64,000 nucleotides of DNA from Mobula hypostoma (lineage: Eukaryota). The notes under the pieces are model-generated. The model made no database searches and was not told where the DNA came from. It was given only the letters and a program-made list of their open reading frames with translations. The stretch lies in contig NC_086125.1 in the NCBI RefSeq assembly GCF_963921235.1, forward strand, positions 21,576,001-21,640,000. The letters are read 5' to 3'. The position numbers and the translations under genes are program-made. Positions 38,404-50,899 of the stretch are shown piece after piece (position 1 is the first letter of the stretch; each line of letters begins with the position of its first letter).

Positions 38404-39693
38404 CTAAGAGAAACAAAATCAGACAGTAATTGTGGTGGTTAGATTGACTAGGTAAAAATAAAGCCAAAAACGTATAATCCTCCACATATTTCAATGAATG
38501 CTGGCAGGCTGACTTCAGACAACTTTGCTTTAAACTGAAGAGATGAAAATCAGGCAAATCCAGGGTTACCTTCAACTCAACTTCATATATCTAGACAAAT
38601 CAAGATTCTAGTTTATCACATGTACAATGAGACATACAGTGAAATAGATTGTTTGCATTAACAATCAACATACCCGAGGATGTGCTGGGGCAGCCTGCAA
38701 GAGTCGCCACATATTCTGGTGCCAACATAGCATGCCCACGATGTTCGACAGAACAACAAACAGGAAACAAACCCCATCCATCCCTTCCATTTATGCACAA
38801 TCCACACGGTGGTCACAAAAATCCTAGCTGATATTTCTTCTCATTCATACATTCTGGAGCAAATTGCAATACATTGAGCCCCTATTAATGGTCAACTGAT
38901 ACATAGAATTATTTCTATGGCTTACCACACAGCAGTAATACTTAAATCTTTAAGATTGTCCAGTGTACAGGACTATCAGTGGACTCAAATGTATGGTAAT
39001 GAAATGGTCTGTGGGGTTAACAAGCTTTTATCTTCATAAGTAATCACATGTTAAACGAAGATACTTGGTTAAAAGCCCCAAAATACATTGAAGATAACCA
39101 TGCAGCAGCAGAAATATAATTACAAAAACACTTGACAATATTAAATATACAATGAATATTGTTCTGCTCGGGATTCAGTTATTGCAGAACTTGTACAAGT
39201 TCAAGCTAATATACCTACAAATTGAGAAGTTCAATGTGATTAGAGGGAAGACACTGTACATGTATATAAATCTTGCTCCAGATGACTGTACACAATAAAA
39301 CACGTCAACATGATTTCATTAACATACAATTACACAACATATTAACAAAGATTCTTTAGATTTAAATGAAAAAAAATCTAATGAAGTTGGCAAAAAGAGC
39401 TCAAGCCAGAGATTTCAAGATGACTATTACATTGTTCCAATGATTCCCAGCTCTGAAACCTTGTCATAGATAGATGTGAATATCCTATACAAACTCAATA
39501 GAAATCAGGTACAATAACAAAAGCTTGTGATACATTAGAGGGCAAAGGGCAGCTAGTTACATGATTATTAAATTTGCAGATCATGTACTGAAGCTCAAAC
39601 AATAGGAATTCTGCAGATGCTGGAAATTCAAGCAACACACATCAAAGTTGCTGGTGAACGCAGCAGGCCAAGCAGCATCTATAGGAAGAGATA

Positions 39694-39731
39694 CAGTCGA
39701 CGTTTCAGGCCGAGACCCTTCGTCAGGACTA
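39694..39731 (-). ncRNA. Minimal type I hammerhead ribozyme motif
   Basis: TAGTC CTGACGA AGGGTCTCGGCCT GAAA CG TC GACTG: complete core, stem I UAGUC/GACUG, stem II AGG/CCU, palindromic ACGU helix III, GUC triplet. Confidence 0.8.
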
Positions 39732-40310
39732 ACTGAAGGAAGAGCTAGTAAGAGATTTGAAAGTGGGAGGGGGGAGGGGAAGATGCAAAATGATAGGAGA
39801 AGACAGGAGGGGGAGGGATGGAGCCAAGAGCTGGACAGGTGATTGGCAAAGGGGATATGAGAGGATCATGGGACAGGAGGCCCAGGGAGAAAGATGGGGG
39901 GGGGGAACCCAAAGGATGGGCAAGGGGTATAGTCAGAGGGAGAAAAAGGAGAGTGAGAGAAAGAACGTGTGTATAAAAATAAATAACGGATGGGGTGAAC
40001 ATTGACTTCTCTAACTTCCGCTAATGCCCCACCTCCCCCTCGTACCCCCTCCGTTATTCATTTTTATACACACATTCTTTCTCTCACTCTCCTTTTTCTC
40101 CCTCTGTCCCTCTGACTATACCCCTTGCCCATCCTCTGGGTTCCCCCCCACCCCTTGTCTTTCTCCCTGGGCCTCCTGTCCCATGATCCTCTCATACCCC
40201 CTTTGCCAATCACCTGTCCAGCTCTTGGCATCCCTCCCCCTCCTGTCTTCTCCTATCATTTTGGATCTCCCCCTCCCACTTTCAAATCTCTTACTAACTC
40301 TTCCTTCAGT

Positions 40311-40348
40311 TAGTCCTGACGAAGGGTCTTGGCCTGAAACGTCGACTG
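40311..40348 (+). ncRNA. Minimal type I hammerhead ribozyme motif
   Basis: TAGTC CTGACGA AGGGTCTTGGCCT GAAA CG TC GACTG; predicted cleavage after 40343. Confidence 0.8.
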
Positions 40349-41254
40349 TATCTCTTCCTAGATGTACTGAAGTTGATGATTTTACATACGTTAGAGATGC
40401 CCATTAAAGTAACAAACAACTTAGGACTACCAATAAATATCATCTATACAAGCATGCAAAAGGACACAAAACAAGAGAGAAAGAAAAGGAAACATGACAG
40501 AAGTGTAATAAGTAACTACCCTGAATGCACATATACATAACAAAATAATGGAAACTTTGTTTCAGGGAATAAAAATCGATTAGATTTCAGTGTGCTTAAT
40601 ATTAAATTAGCTCATGGTAACAAATAGTAAATTTCATGGCAAGAATAATGTATGCCAACAGCACCTACCATTCACAATACTTGCCACAAAAGTCTGCGAA
40701 TTTCTGCTCTGATCTCTTGTAATAAGCCAAAACAAAAGGGCACCCTCCAGAGGGGACCTGTACCTTTCATGAGCAGACCAAACAACCGTGGGTCTCTTTA
40801 TCCAAGCAAATGGATGCTTTTTTTTAATAAAAAGTCTACAGCAGGAAGCACAGGAGATTCTTATAGATTTCTTCAATTTGGTCCATTTTTCAAGGAAGAC
40901 CACTGCTGGAATGACTGATTTATAAATAATACTTAAGATTTAGTATAGCATTGTAATTTCACTTAAGTGGACAATTCCAGCCCTTTTGGATGGGATAGCG
41001 GACAAGTAATCCAACATAATGAACATTAATGTCTCCAAATCCAAGTTTCCACCAAGATACTGTTATGACACAAGATTCTGGAAAAGGAAATTCTTGTTAT
41101 TCAATTTTCCGCATTTAAACACACATTTTTGGAAAGCTAAAACTTTTAAACAAATTTATACATTAATGTTGAATTCCAACAACCTCATCACTAATTACGT
41201 GCAACTGTATGCAAAAGTCCACACTTGTCTCCATCAGCCATGCTACATGAGGGA

Positions 41255-41465
41255 CAGGAGAAAATCTGTAGAAGCTGAAAATCCAAGCAACACGCACAAA
41301 ATACTGGAGAAACTTAGCAGGCCAGAAATCATCTATGGAAAAGAGTTTAGTCAACGCTTCAGGCCGAGACCCCTCATGAATCCTGATGAGTAGTCTTGAC
41401 CCGAAACATCAACTGCACTCTTTTCTATAGAAGCTGCCTGGCCTGCCAAGTTTTGTGTATGTTAC
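41255..41465. mobile_element. Fold-back Penelope pLTR remnant; related pieces at ~2266-2400, 12460-12560, 12900-13065, 18260-18395, 25800-25990, 28180-28400, 45200-45370, 45490-45870, 53260-53400, 60420-60525
   Basis: Shared ctgcagatgctggaaat...gaactcagcaggccaggcagcatc consensus; decayed CTGATGA...GAAAC at 41383-41407. Confidence 0.7.
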
Positions 41466-42199
41466 ATGAGGGCACGAGTTGGTATTTGAGAGTCACAATA
41501 TTCAGTTAAGAGTTACAGTGCAGAACAGGCCCTTCCAGCCCAGTGAACTGCACTGCCAGCAACCCACCAATTTAACGCTAGCCAAATCACAGGACAATTA
41601 ACCTACTAACCGGAATGCCTTTGGACTGTGGGAGGAAACTGGAGCACCCAGAGAACACAGGGAGAACAGCACTGGAATTTCAATTCAACTCTGAGCTGCT
41701 ACAGCATTGCGCTAACTGCTACGCTACCATGGTGCCTTCTTCCCCTTTGTCACCCAAAGACAAAAGGATCTCCATACAAATGAAAAAAATGCTGTATTGG
41801 TAAGGTATCATCAGGCAGAGAAAGACAATAATAAGTGAAAGCTCTGTTAAATGGCCTAAAGATTGAGCAGAAGAATTAGACTATTTTCCACATCATAAAA
41901 GATGTTTTTCATACGACTGGAAGACAGAATTTAAAAAGCATATAATCAAGCAGATTTGAAAATGAAACTATGAAACAGATTCTGCATTTTGAAAACTGTC
42001 ACAAATCATGTGGTTCTCCAAATTCAAATCCTAGCAGTACAACAGATGCATCACACTCTCTCAGATCATAATTATGAACATGTGGCCTATATTACTTGCA
42101 AATGATCTACCTGCAGAATGAAAATTAATTACTTATTTAAGGCAACAAATTACGGGAAGTGGGCAAGTTTATCAGGATGACGAAAACTGTAAACATAAT

Positions 42200-42640
42200 C
42201 CACCAAAAGCAGAATTTTCCGGTGGCTCATTTTAATTCCTATTCCCATTCCAGTTTCAACAAATCGGTCCTCGTGCCATGATGAGGTCACTCTCAAGTGG
42301 AAGGACACCTCATATTCCACATGGGTAGCCTCCAACCTGATTTTATGAGCATTGATTTTGCCTTCCGGTAACTTTCCCACCTACCTATTACCCTTCTTCC
42401 CTTTCTCCCATGGTGCACCCTCTTCTCCCATCAGATTTCTTCCTCTCCACCCCTTTAACTTTCCCACCCACCGGGCTTCACCTATCACCTTCTAGCTATC
42501 CTCCTTCCCCTCCCCTTCTTTATTCTGGCATCTTCTCCCTTCCTTTGTAGTCCTGAAGGTCTCAGCCCTAATAATCACCTGTTTATTCATTTCCACAGAT
42601 GCTGCCTGACCGGCTGAGTTCCTCCAGCATTTTGTATACC
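42200..42640 (+). mobile_element. Penelope 3' fragment (GIY-YIG C-terminus remnant plus pLTR)
   Basis: Decayed PVAHFNS...HLIFHMGSLQPD...IDF followed by the pyrimidine-rich pLTR. Confidence 0.7.
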
Positions 42641-42879
42641 ACAGGAAACCCAAGTCTAATTCACACGCAGTCTCTCTTAAAGCTTTGCTACAAATTTGGT
42701 GCACTTTCATGATGATTCTTTTCAGCAATGACTTTCTGCCCATGTTTCCCGCGAAAGCTTTAGGATACCAGGTAACTTGATCCAAATTAACACACAACTC
42801 AGGTTCCATGGGAATTTCGAGGCAAAGCAGGCGACTTTATGTGAGAAAGAATAAAAGGTCAGAATTTCATTTACATGGA

Positions 42880-43047
42880 ACATTGCCGATTGCGTCGCCT
42901 CTGATCTGGGCCAACATTTACGTGCCGGGCGGCACCTAATTAATTAGTTTGTTTAGGCTTTTTTCTTAAAGATGTGCTGGGTGCGTTCCGGCCACTGTTG
43001 CACCACGGCAATGTGTCGATCCGCAGCCCGGAGGTTGGGGACCAGTG
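42880..43047. mobile_element. Right half of the hAT MITE seen at 49691-49983
   Basis: gcacctaattaattag...aaagatgtgctgggtgc...ggaggttggggaccagtg. Confidence 0.7.
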
Positions 43048-43534
43048 GGTTAGCCTCTTTCTTGTCTGTTCAATAGGAGTTAAAAGGTTGTTTCTCCTGC
43101 GAAGATGAAGTTTCTTGGATAGCTATTGTGTGTCAATACTTTGAATAAGTACTATTTCCACTATTGCTTTCTTTGCAGAGGGCAGCAGATCTTTGGAATT
43201 GCGCTTGTTTAACCTGCAATTAACACATGACTACTTTCTGTTCTGTGGAATTTTTATTGAAGTCTCAATTCTACAGTTGCCTCATTGATTGGCAATAGTT
43301 ATTTATTCCCTAGATTTAACTGATTTAAGAGACAACTTTGATTGCATTAGTTATTTCTGAGAAATTCAAAATTCAGAGCTCACTCTACACCTTTAGGTTC
43401 TGTGCCACCTGCAAACATGGAAACTATGCCCCAACAGTACCGAGATTTTAATGATGTAGAAACCACATTAATGACCATAGCAGAAGGGCACAAAGCTACT
43501 ATTGACCCAAGTACAGAAAGCTAATTGTGAAAAT

Positions 43535-44743
43535 TAGTTGCATCTTGGAGAACTTGCCACAGTTCTTCTGCAGACTTTGGTTGTCTTACTTGCTTCTGTC
43601 TCTCCAGATAATCCCAGACAGCCTCAATGTTGTTGAGATCAGGGACTTGGAGGCCATACCATTAGTTACAGAACCCCTTGATCGTCTTTTGGCTGAAGAT
43701 AGTTCTTTATGACCTTGGATGTGTGTTAAGGGTCATTGTCCTGCTTCAAAATGAAGTTGGAAAGATTAAGACTCTTCCTGATGTTACTGTGTGATGGATG
43801 AGAATCTGCTTACACATCTCAGCCTCACTGTTGACTGCAGACACTCATCCATCCAGTGCTCTCCAGCTCTTCTACAAACTGCCTCTTCCTTGAGCCAAAA
43901 ATACACAAATTGAATTATCAGCCCAGAGCACTTGCTGCCATTGTTCAGCACCCCAGTCCTTGTGTTTGTGTGTGTAGGTGGGTCTCTTGACTGTTTCCAC
44001 TTTGGAGGAATAGCTTTTTGGTAGCATCTCTTCCATGCAGACCTCTTCCAATAAGACTTCTCCAGACTGTAGAGGGGTATACTTGGGTTCTAGAAGTTTC
44101 TATGAGTTCAGAGTCAATAGCAGTGCTGGACTTCTTCCGATTTAGAAAGGATGACAGTTTGATGCATCTCGTCTGCTGTAATCCATTTCAGTTGGTTGAC
44201 CACTGCATTTCTGGTCCTGAACCTTACCCAAGTTTCTTTGTGCTACTTGGACAGTACATCTTCAAACTCCTGTCTGTCACAAAATTTCTGCTTGGGAAAG
44301 ATCTTGCTGATGCAGGATGACCACCTTACTCACTCCTTCCTTAGTGTAAGAATTACAGTTTGAAGATTAAACTGTCATATCGGCCACATCCTTACCTTTT
44401 AGCTTGGTTGTCCTTCGCCCAGTTTGACTCCTTCTATACCAGTTTCTATTTCAATTAACCAGTTTAGTTCACTCAACACATTATGTCATTGATCATTATC
44501 ACCTGTTTGTTACTTGTTTAATTATTCACTGTTATATATCTACAAAATAACTAAGCTTTTATTTGAAAATAATTACTTTGTTAAAACAATTCACTGTAAC
44601 ATTTAATATTTTGGAAAATGAATGTTTGGAAATATAAAATTTGCTCCCTTCTATTGACACTAATGCAGAAGACAAAAATAAACAACTAAAACAAAATTAA
44701 TACAAAATATCTAGGGTGCTTAAGATGTTTGCACAGTGCTGTA
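43535..44743 (-). mobile_element. Degraded Tc1-like transposon
   Basis: Terminus ggtgcttaagatgtttgcacagtgctgta; internal decayed QNDNDP-type coding remnants (gggtcattgtcctgc). Confidence 0.65.
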
Positions 44744-46154
44744 TATTTTTTATTGGCAGGAAACTAACACGAGCAGGAAAGCTTGATATGATAGTTCACG
44801 AAACATGGGAGAACAAGCAGATACAAATAGAAAGAGAATGGTAAATTCAACCTTTATGGCACAGGTTTGTAGTACTTTGCTTAGCACTCTTGATACAGTC
44901 CAAAGAATGAGATTACTAATAGTAAAAGAGATTATTATAGCATTATAGTGTGCCAAGAACCTGGCATGATACCTGCCCTCCTCATTGCTATTCAAGGAAC
45001 CTGGGACAATACAATAATCAAATCATCCACAGCTTACACAAGTCGAGATTGCCTACAAGGATAGACAGGGGCGGATTTGAAACATCACATTTAAGGAGAA
45101 GCAACTTATGGCCGACATCCAACAACATACTCCTAGTCCAAGAGACAGATGGTATGAATGGAAAGAGAACAAAAGATCCAGGAACAGCTGATAACTTAAA
45201 CATACATACAATGCTGGAGAAACTCAGCAGGTCAACCAGCATTTATGGAAAGGAATAACGAGTTGATGTTTTGGGCCGAGACCCTTCCATGGATGCTGCT
45301 TGACCAGTTTTGAGTTTCTTCAGCATTTTGTGTGTGTCACTCTAGATTTCCAGCATCTGCAGAATCTTTTGCGTTTATAATTGCAAAAAGCACAGATCTT
45401 TCCACTATGAAAGGCATCATTCTGCTGATACAGAGAGAGCTTATCTAGGCAGTTAAAGTCCAATGCAGCAACAAGCATTCCAAGGACAGTGACAAAAAAA
45501 CAAATGCTGGAAGAACCCAACCAGTTAAGCAGCATCTGTGGAAAGAGAAACCAGTCAGGACTGGATAAAGAAATGAGGATGTGGAAGTGCATTTTGATCA
45601 GAAAGGGAGGAGATCTTCAAGGTAGGCATATCTAGAAAAATTGCAGTGAATTCACAGTAATAAAAAACAAATGGAAGTAAAGGTTCTGAAACCAGAAAAA
45701 AAACTGAAATGCCAGAAGAACTCAGCCAGTCAAGCAGAACCAGAGAAGGGGTTGCTGATCCAAAACTTGACTGGTTTCTCCATCCACAAATATTGCTTGA
45801 CCGGTTCTGTTCTTCCAGCACCTTCCTTTCTTTTTGTTTCAAATTATAATATCTGTGATTTCATTTGTTTTCACAGCATACTATCCACCACAATTCCAGC
45901 ACTGCACCAGTCCATCTAGGGGTTGGTAACAATTATTTCAACAACTGAAAAGCCAGGGTTACTGAGCATTAAAAACCCCTTCAGCGCCAAAACGTAATGA
46001 AATACTTTTATCAAACAAAGAATGTCATAACTATGAGAACATTCATGAAAGGAGGCAAGCCTGAATGTGGTAATTCAAGGAAAAATTATTGCAAGGATCC
46101 TGCTCAATCACTACTTCTCAGTGGGGGAAAAAAGTTCCTCCCAGAATCATAATA

Positions 46155-47654
46155 CAGGTGTCCTCCACTTTTCGAACGTTCGCTTTACGAAACCTTACTG
46201 TTACAAAAGACCTACAATAGTACCCTGTTTTCGCTTTCAGAAGGTGTTTTCACTGTTATGAAAAAAAATCAGCGCGCGCCCCGAGCAGCTGCTCTCCCCC
46301 GGATTCTTGCTGGCATTGCTTAAACACGTGCCTGTGAGCAGCCGTTTGCAAGATGAGTTCTAAGGTATCGGAAACGCCTGGAAGAGCTCGTAAGGGTCTT
46401 ACACTTAGCGTAAAACTAGACATAATTAAGCGTTTTGATTGTGGTGAACGAAGTAAGGACAACGTGAGTTTGTCTTGTGGAAGCTGACGAACATGTTGAA
46501 GAGTTTTTGGCATCCCATGACCAAGAACTGACAGATGAAGAGCTGATGCAATTGGAAGAAAAAAGGATAACATCGAAACTGAATGAGTAATGATAAAGTA
46601 CAACTTCAATTTTGAAAGGGTACGTCGGTTTAGGGGATATTTGCAGGATGGTTTGAGTCCTTACAAGGAACTGTATGATAGAAAAATGCGCGAGGCTCAG
46701 CACTCAAGCAAGCCTTCCACATCAGACGACGAACCTCGACATCGAGGCGGGCAGAGATAGAAGAAGATGAGCTACCTGCTCTAATGGAAACAGACGATGA
46801 CGAGATGACACCCCAGTGTCCCACCACCCCAAACCCCAGGCCACGGACAGATATCGATTCGTGGAGAATGCAACAGTAGCCTGGAGGCACCCAGCACATC
46901 TTTAAGAAAAAAGCTGAAATAAACATGCTAATTAATTAGGTGCCACCGACACGTAGTTATCAGCCCAATTCAGAGACGACGCAATCGGAAATCTGCACTG
47001 ATCTGGGCCAACAATTACGTGCCGGGCAGCACCTAATTAATTAGCATGGTTATTTAGGGTTTTTTCAAGATGTGTTGTGTGTCGCCCGGCTACTGCTGGA
47101 CCCCTACATGCTTTGCGGCAATGTATCACTCGGCTGTCTGGAGGATGGGGACCACTGCACCACCCAAACTCTGACTCAGCCGAACACACCATCCTCCGTG
47201 TGCTCGGCGCTGTCATCCCGATTCCCGTAAGTGATACTACACTGTACATACATTATTTCTACTTTATATAGGCTGTGTATTTTTACCTGTTATTTGGTAT
47301 GATTTGGCAGCTTCATAGCTTAAAGGTTACTGGAGAGTGCTTGCGCCATGCTTTTGCCAACAGCGCTTGCGTGAGATTTTCCGCTGACGGAGAACAGTTC
47401 AATAATGATTGTGGAAAAGTATTTCTACTTTATATAGGCTGTGTATTTATATCATTCCTGCTTTTACTATATGGTACTGGTATTCAAGGTTTTATGTGTT
47501 ATTTGGCATGATTTGGTAGGTTATTTTTGGGTCTGCGAACGCTCACAAAATCTTCCCATATAAATAAATGGTAATCGCTTCTTCGCTTTACGACATTTCG
47601 GCTTATGAACCGTTTCATAGGAACGCTCTACCTTCCGATGGCGGGGAAAACCTG
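46155..47654 (+). mobile_element. Tigger-derived non-autonomous element inserted in an RTE RT remnant
   Basis: TA-CAGGTGTCCTCC...GGGGAAAACCTG ends; remnant EHVEEFLASHDQELTDEELMQLEE typical of Tigger transposase C-termini; internal palindrome at ~46885-47100. Confidence 0.8.
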
Positions 47655-48392
47655 GTTTAGTTTTCTCTAAAAGCCAAAGAAAAACATGAAGTAAGAATCG
47701 CTGTACAGAATTTTTCTCAACTTCACAAAACATTTGACTATCAAATGAAGGGATGTAGAGGTCCTCAAATCCATCTGCTCCACAAGGTCATGAAAACCAT
47801 GACCCTAAGCAACGTGTCCACAATATACCAACTGATGTCTATGTGGACTTTAGAAAGGAAGTTCAACGGACTCATTGTAAATATGCAATTGTCCTTTGAT
47901 CTTTAATCTGAAATGTCCTTTCATTTTTAGCATATAAAATGTGTAGTGTCAGGTCATGCAGGCCTTTTCCCTCTGAAAAGGGTCTCAATATGACGCCTGC
48001 TCTGTCTCATTAATCAAATAAAGAGACCGCTTCATATCTACCGGTATTCTCTCTGGTGACTTTGTTCACGCGACAAGGATGACACTTGGGTGCTAAGTAA
48101 CACAAAGAGACACAGGAATACAGATCCATGATTTCTTGAAAGTGACATCACAGGTAGACAAGGTTGGAAAGAGAGCTTTGGCACATTCATCTTCATCAAT
48201 CAGGGCACTGAGTACAGCGGTTGGGTATTACATTGAAGCTGTACAAGAGGTTGGCAAGGCCAAATTTAGAGTTTCGTGTACAGGTCTGGCGACCAACCTA
48301 CAGAAAAGACATCAATAAGCTTGGAAAAGTGCAGGAAAATTTGCAAAGATATTTCCAGGACTTGAGGAATAGAGCTACAGAAATAGGTCAAA

Positions 48393-49317
48393 TAGTCATA
48401 GTCATACTTTTATTAATCCTGGGGGAAATTGGTTTTTGTTACAGTTGCTCCATAATTAATAAATAGTAATAGAACCATAAATAGTTAAATAGTAATATGT
48501 AAAATTATGCCAGTAAATTATGAAATAAGTCCAGGATCAGCCTATTGGCTCAGGACGTCTGACCCTCCAAGGGAGGAGTTGTAAAGTTTGATGGCCACAG
48601 GCAGGAATGACTTCCTATGACGCTCTGTGTTGCATCTCGGTGGAATGAGTCTCTGGCTGAATGTACTCCTGTGCCCACCCAGTACATTATGTAGTGGATG
48701 GGAAACATTGTCCAAGATGGCATGCAACTTAGACAGCATCCTCTTTTTAGACACCACCGTCAGAGAGTCCAGTTCCATCCCCACAACATCACTGGCCTTA
48801 TGAATGAGTTTGTTGATTCTGTTGGTGTCTGCCACTCTCAGCCTGCTGCCCCAGCATACAACAGCAAACATGATAGCACTGGCCACCAGACTCGTAGAAC
48901 ATCCTCAGCATAGTCCGGCAGATGTTAAAGGACTTCAGTCTCCTCAGGAAATAGAGACGGCTCTGACCCTTCTTGTAGACAGCCTCAGTGTTCTTTGACC
49001 AGTCCAGTTTATTGTCAATTTGTATCCCCAGGTATTTGTAATCCTCCACCATGTCCACACTGACCCCCTGGATGGAAACAGGGGTCACCAGTACCTTAGC
49101 TCTCCTCAGGTCTACCACCAGCTCCTTAGTCTTTTTCACATTAAGCTGCAGATAATTCTGCTCACACCATGTGACAAAGTTTCCTACTGTAGCCCTGTAC
49201 TCGGCCTCATCTCCCTTGCTGATGCATCCAACTATGGCAGAGTCATCCCAAAACTTCTGAAGATGACAAGACTCTGTGCAGTAGCTGAAGTCCAAGGTGT
49301 AAATGGTGAAGAGAAAG
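48393..49317 (-). mobile_element. Rex1/Babar-type LINE, 5'-truncated young copy, inserted in a CR1 fragment (~48075-48392 plus 49318-50010)
   Basis: KF(W/S)DDSAIVG, LNVKKTKELVVD and YKYLG motifs; (atgact)n tail; one frameshift. Confidence 0.9.
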
Positions 49318-49690
49318 GCAAGGATTTTATTCCCTAGAGCATAGGAGAATGAGGGGAGATTTCATTGAGGTATACAACATTATAAGGGTATACCAAAGAT
49401 GGGGTAAATGTCTACAAGCTTTTTTTTCTCTATCATTTGGGTGAGACTAAAACTAAAGGTCATAGGTTTAAGGCAAAAGGTAAAATATCTAAGGGAATAC
49501 GAGGGGGAACTACTTCACTCCTAAGGTGGAGCAAATGTGGAACGAGTTGCCAGCAGGTGGTGTGGGTTCAATAGTAACATGTAAGTTTGGAGAGGTACAT
49601 GGATGAGAGTGTTATGAAGGGCAATGGTCCACATGCAGATAGAACAGACCACGCAGAAATCCACACTAGCACAAACTAGATGGACTAGAC

Positions 49691-49983
49691 CAGTGGTCCC
49701 CAAACTCTGGGCCATGGACTGATACAATACCGCGAAGCATGCAGCGGTGGCCGGGACGCACTCAGCACATCTTTAAGAAAAAAGCCGAAATAAACAAGCT
49801 AATTAATTAGGTGTCGCCCAGCACGTAAATGTCAGCCTAGATCAGAGGCGGCACCTAATTAATTAGCTTGTTTATTTCGGCTTCTTTTCTTAAAGATGTG
49901 CTGGGTGCAGCCTGGCTACCACTGCACCATTGCATTCTTCGCGGCAATGTATCGGTCCGCGGCCCAGAGGTTGGGGACCACTG
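49691..49983. mobile_element. hAT MITE with a palindromic interior
   Basis: TIRs CAGTGGTCCCCAA / TTGGGGACCACTG; degenerate 8-bp TSD GACTAGAC / GACCAGAG. Confidence 0.8.
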
Positions 49984-50899
49984 GACCAGAGGACCTGCTT
50001 GTTCTTTGACTCTACAAACTTTTGTAAAAAGAACAGAATGATGGATACTTGGAATGCATGCACACTTTTCTAGCGGTGGAGGCAAGCACAATAGATATGT
50101 TTAAGTCTTAGGCAATTGATGTGCAGAAAATTGAAGCATATGAATATTATGTAAGCAGAAAGGATTAGTTTAGCCTGGGGCAAAGTCATGGACCGAAGGG
50201 CCTTTTCCTGTGTTGTAATGCTTAAAGTTCTATGAGCACAAAAATCCGCAAATGAAAATTCAAATTCATTTTTCAGCACATCAACTGCCCCAAGAAGCTA
50301 CAATTATTTTCAAGCAGGAAACAAACATCAAAGATAATTTTACTCCTGAGCTAAATTTTGACCATCACAATAGAAGATTTAACTTTCAATTAAGCAACAC
50401 AAAGTGGTTAGGAGTAAACATAAACCTGTAGTTCCATAAGGATGAAAAACAATTGCTTGTCTGCGGTTATTGAAAAAGTCATCACTTTAAACCACCAGGC
50501 CAAAGTGACTGAAGGCAGCACAATCATTACTCTGATCTGCAAAAGGTTGCAAATAAGCCCAATGATTACATTCATGAATAAAATCTGAACATGTTTACAA
50601 CTGCTTGAGAATCACAAACCACGAATAAAAGTGATAGAATTGGCTAGAGCAGAAGTGTGCAAAAGGCATCATTTTACTTTCACCAACATCTCGGACTTTT
50701 GCATTGAAGGTGATTTTTCCCACTGTAGCACAATTAAAATAAAAACCTGAAACAGTCATCGATGTCTAACTCAGGTGAGTGCCTACCATAACTCTGTTAA
50801 GAATGGAGAAATATAATACAATCAAAAGGCAGATGGCCAAGGAACAAGTAAGGTTGGATGGAATTAGTTAATACTAAAAAGCTGGGAATACAGATGGAT

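Larger units (their letters stand above)
39596..40362 (+). mobile_element. 5'-truncated Penelope-like element with inverted pLTRs
   Basis: ~310-bp near-identical inverted arms; ORF terminus NIDFSNFR* at ~39998-40024; flanking direct repeat ATGTACTGAAG(C/T)T at 39583-39595 and 40362-40374. Confidence 0.85.
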
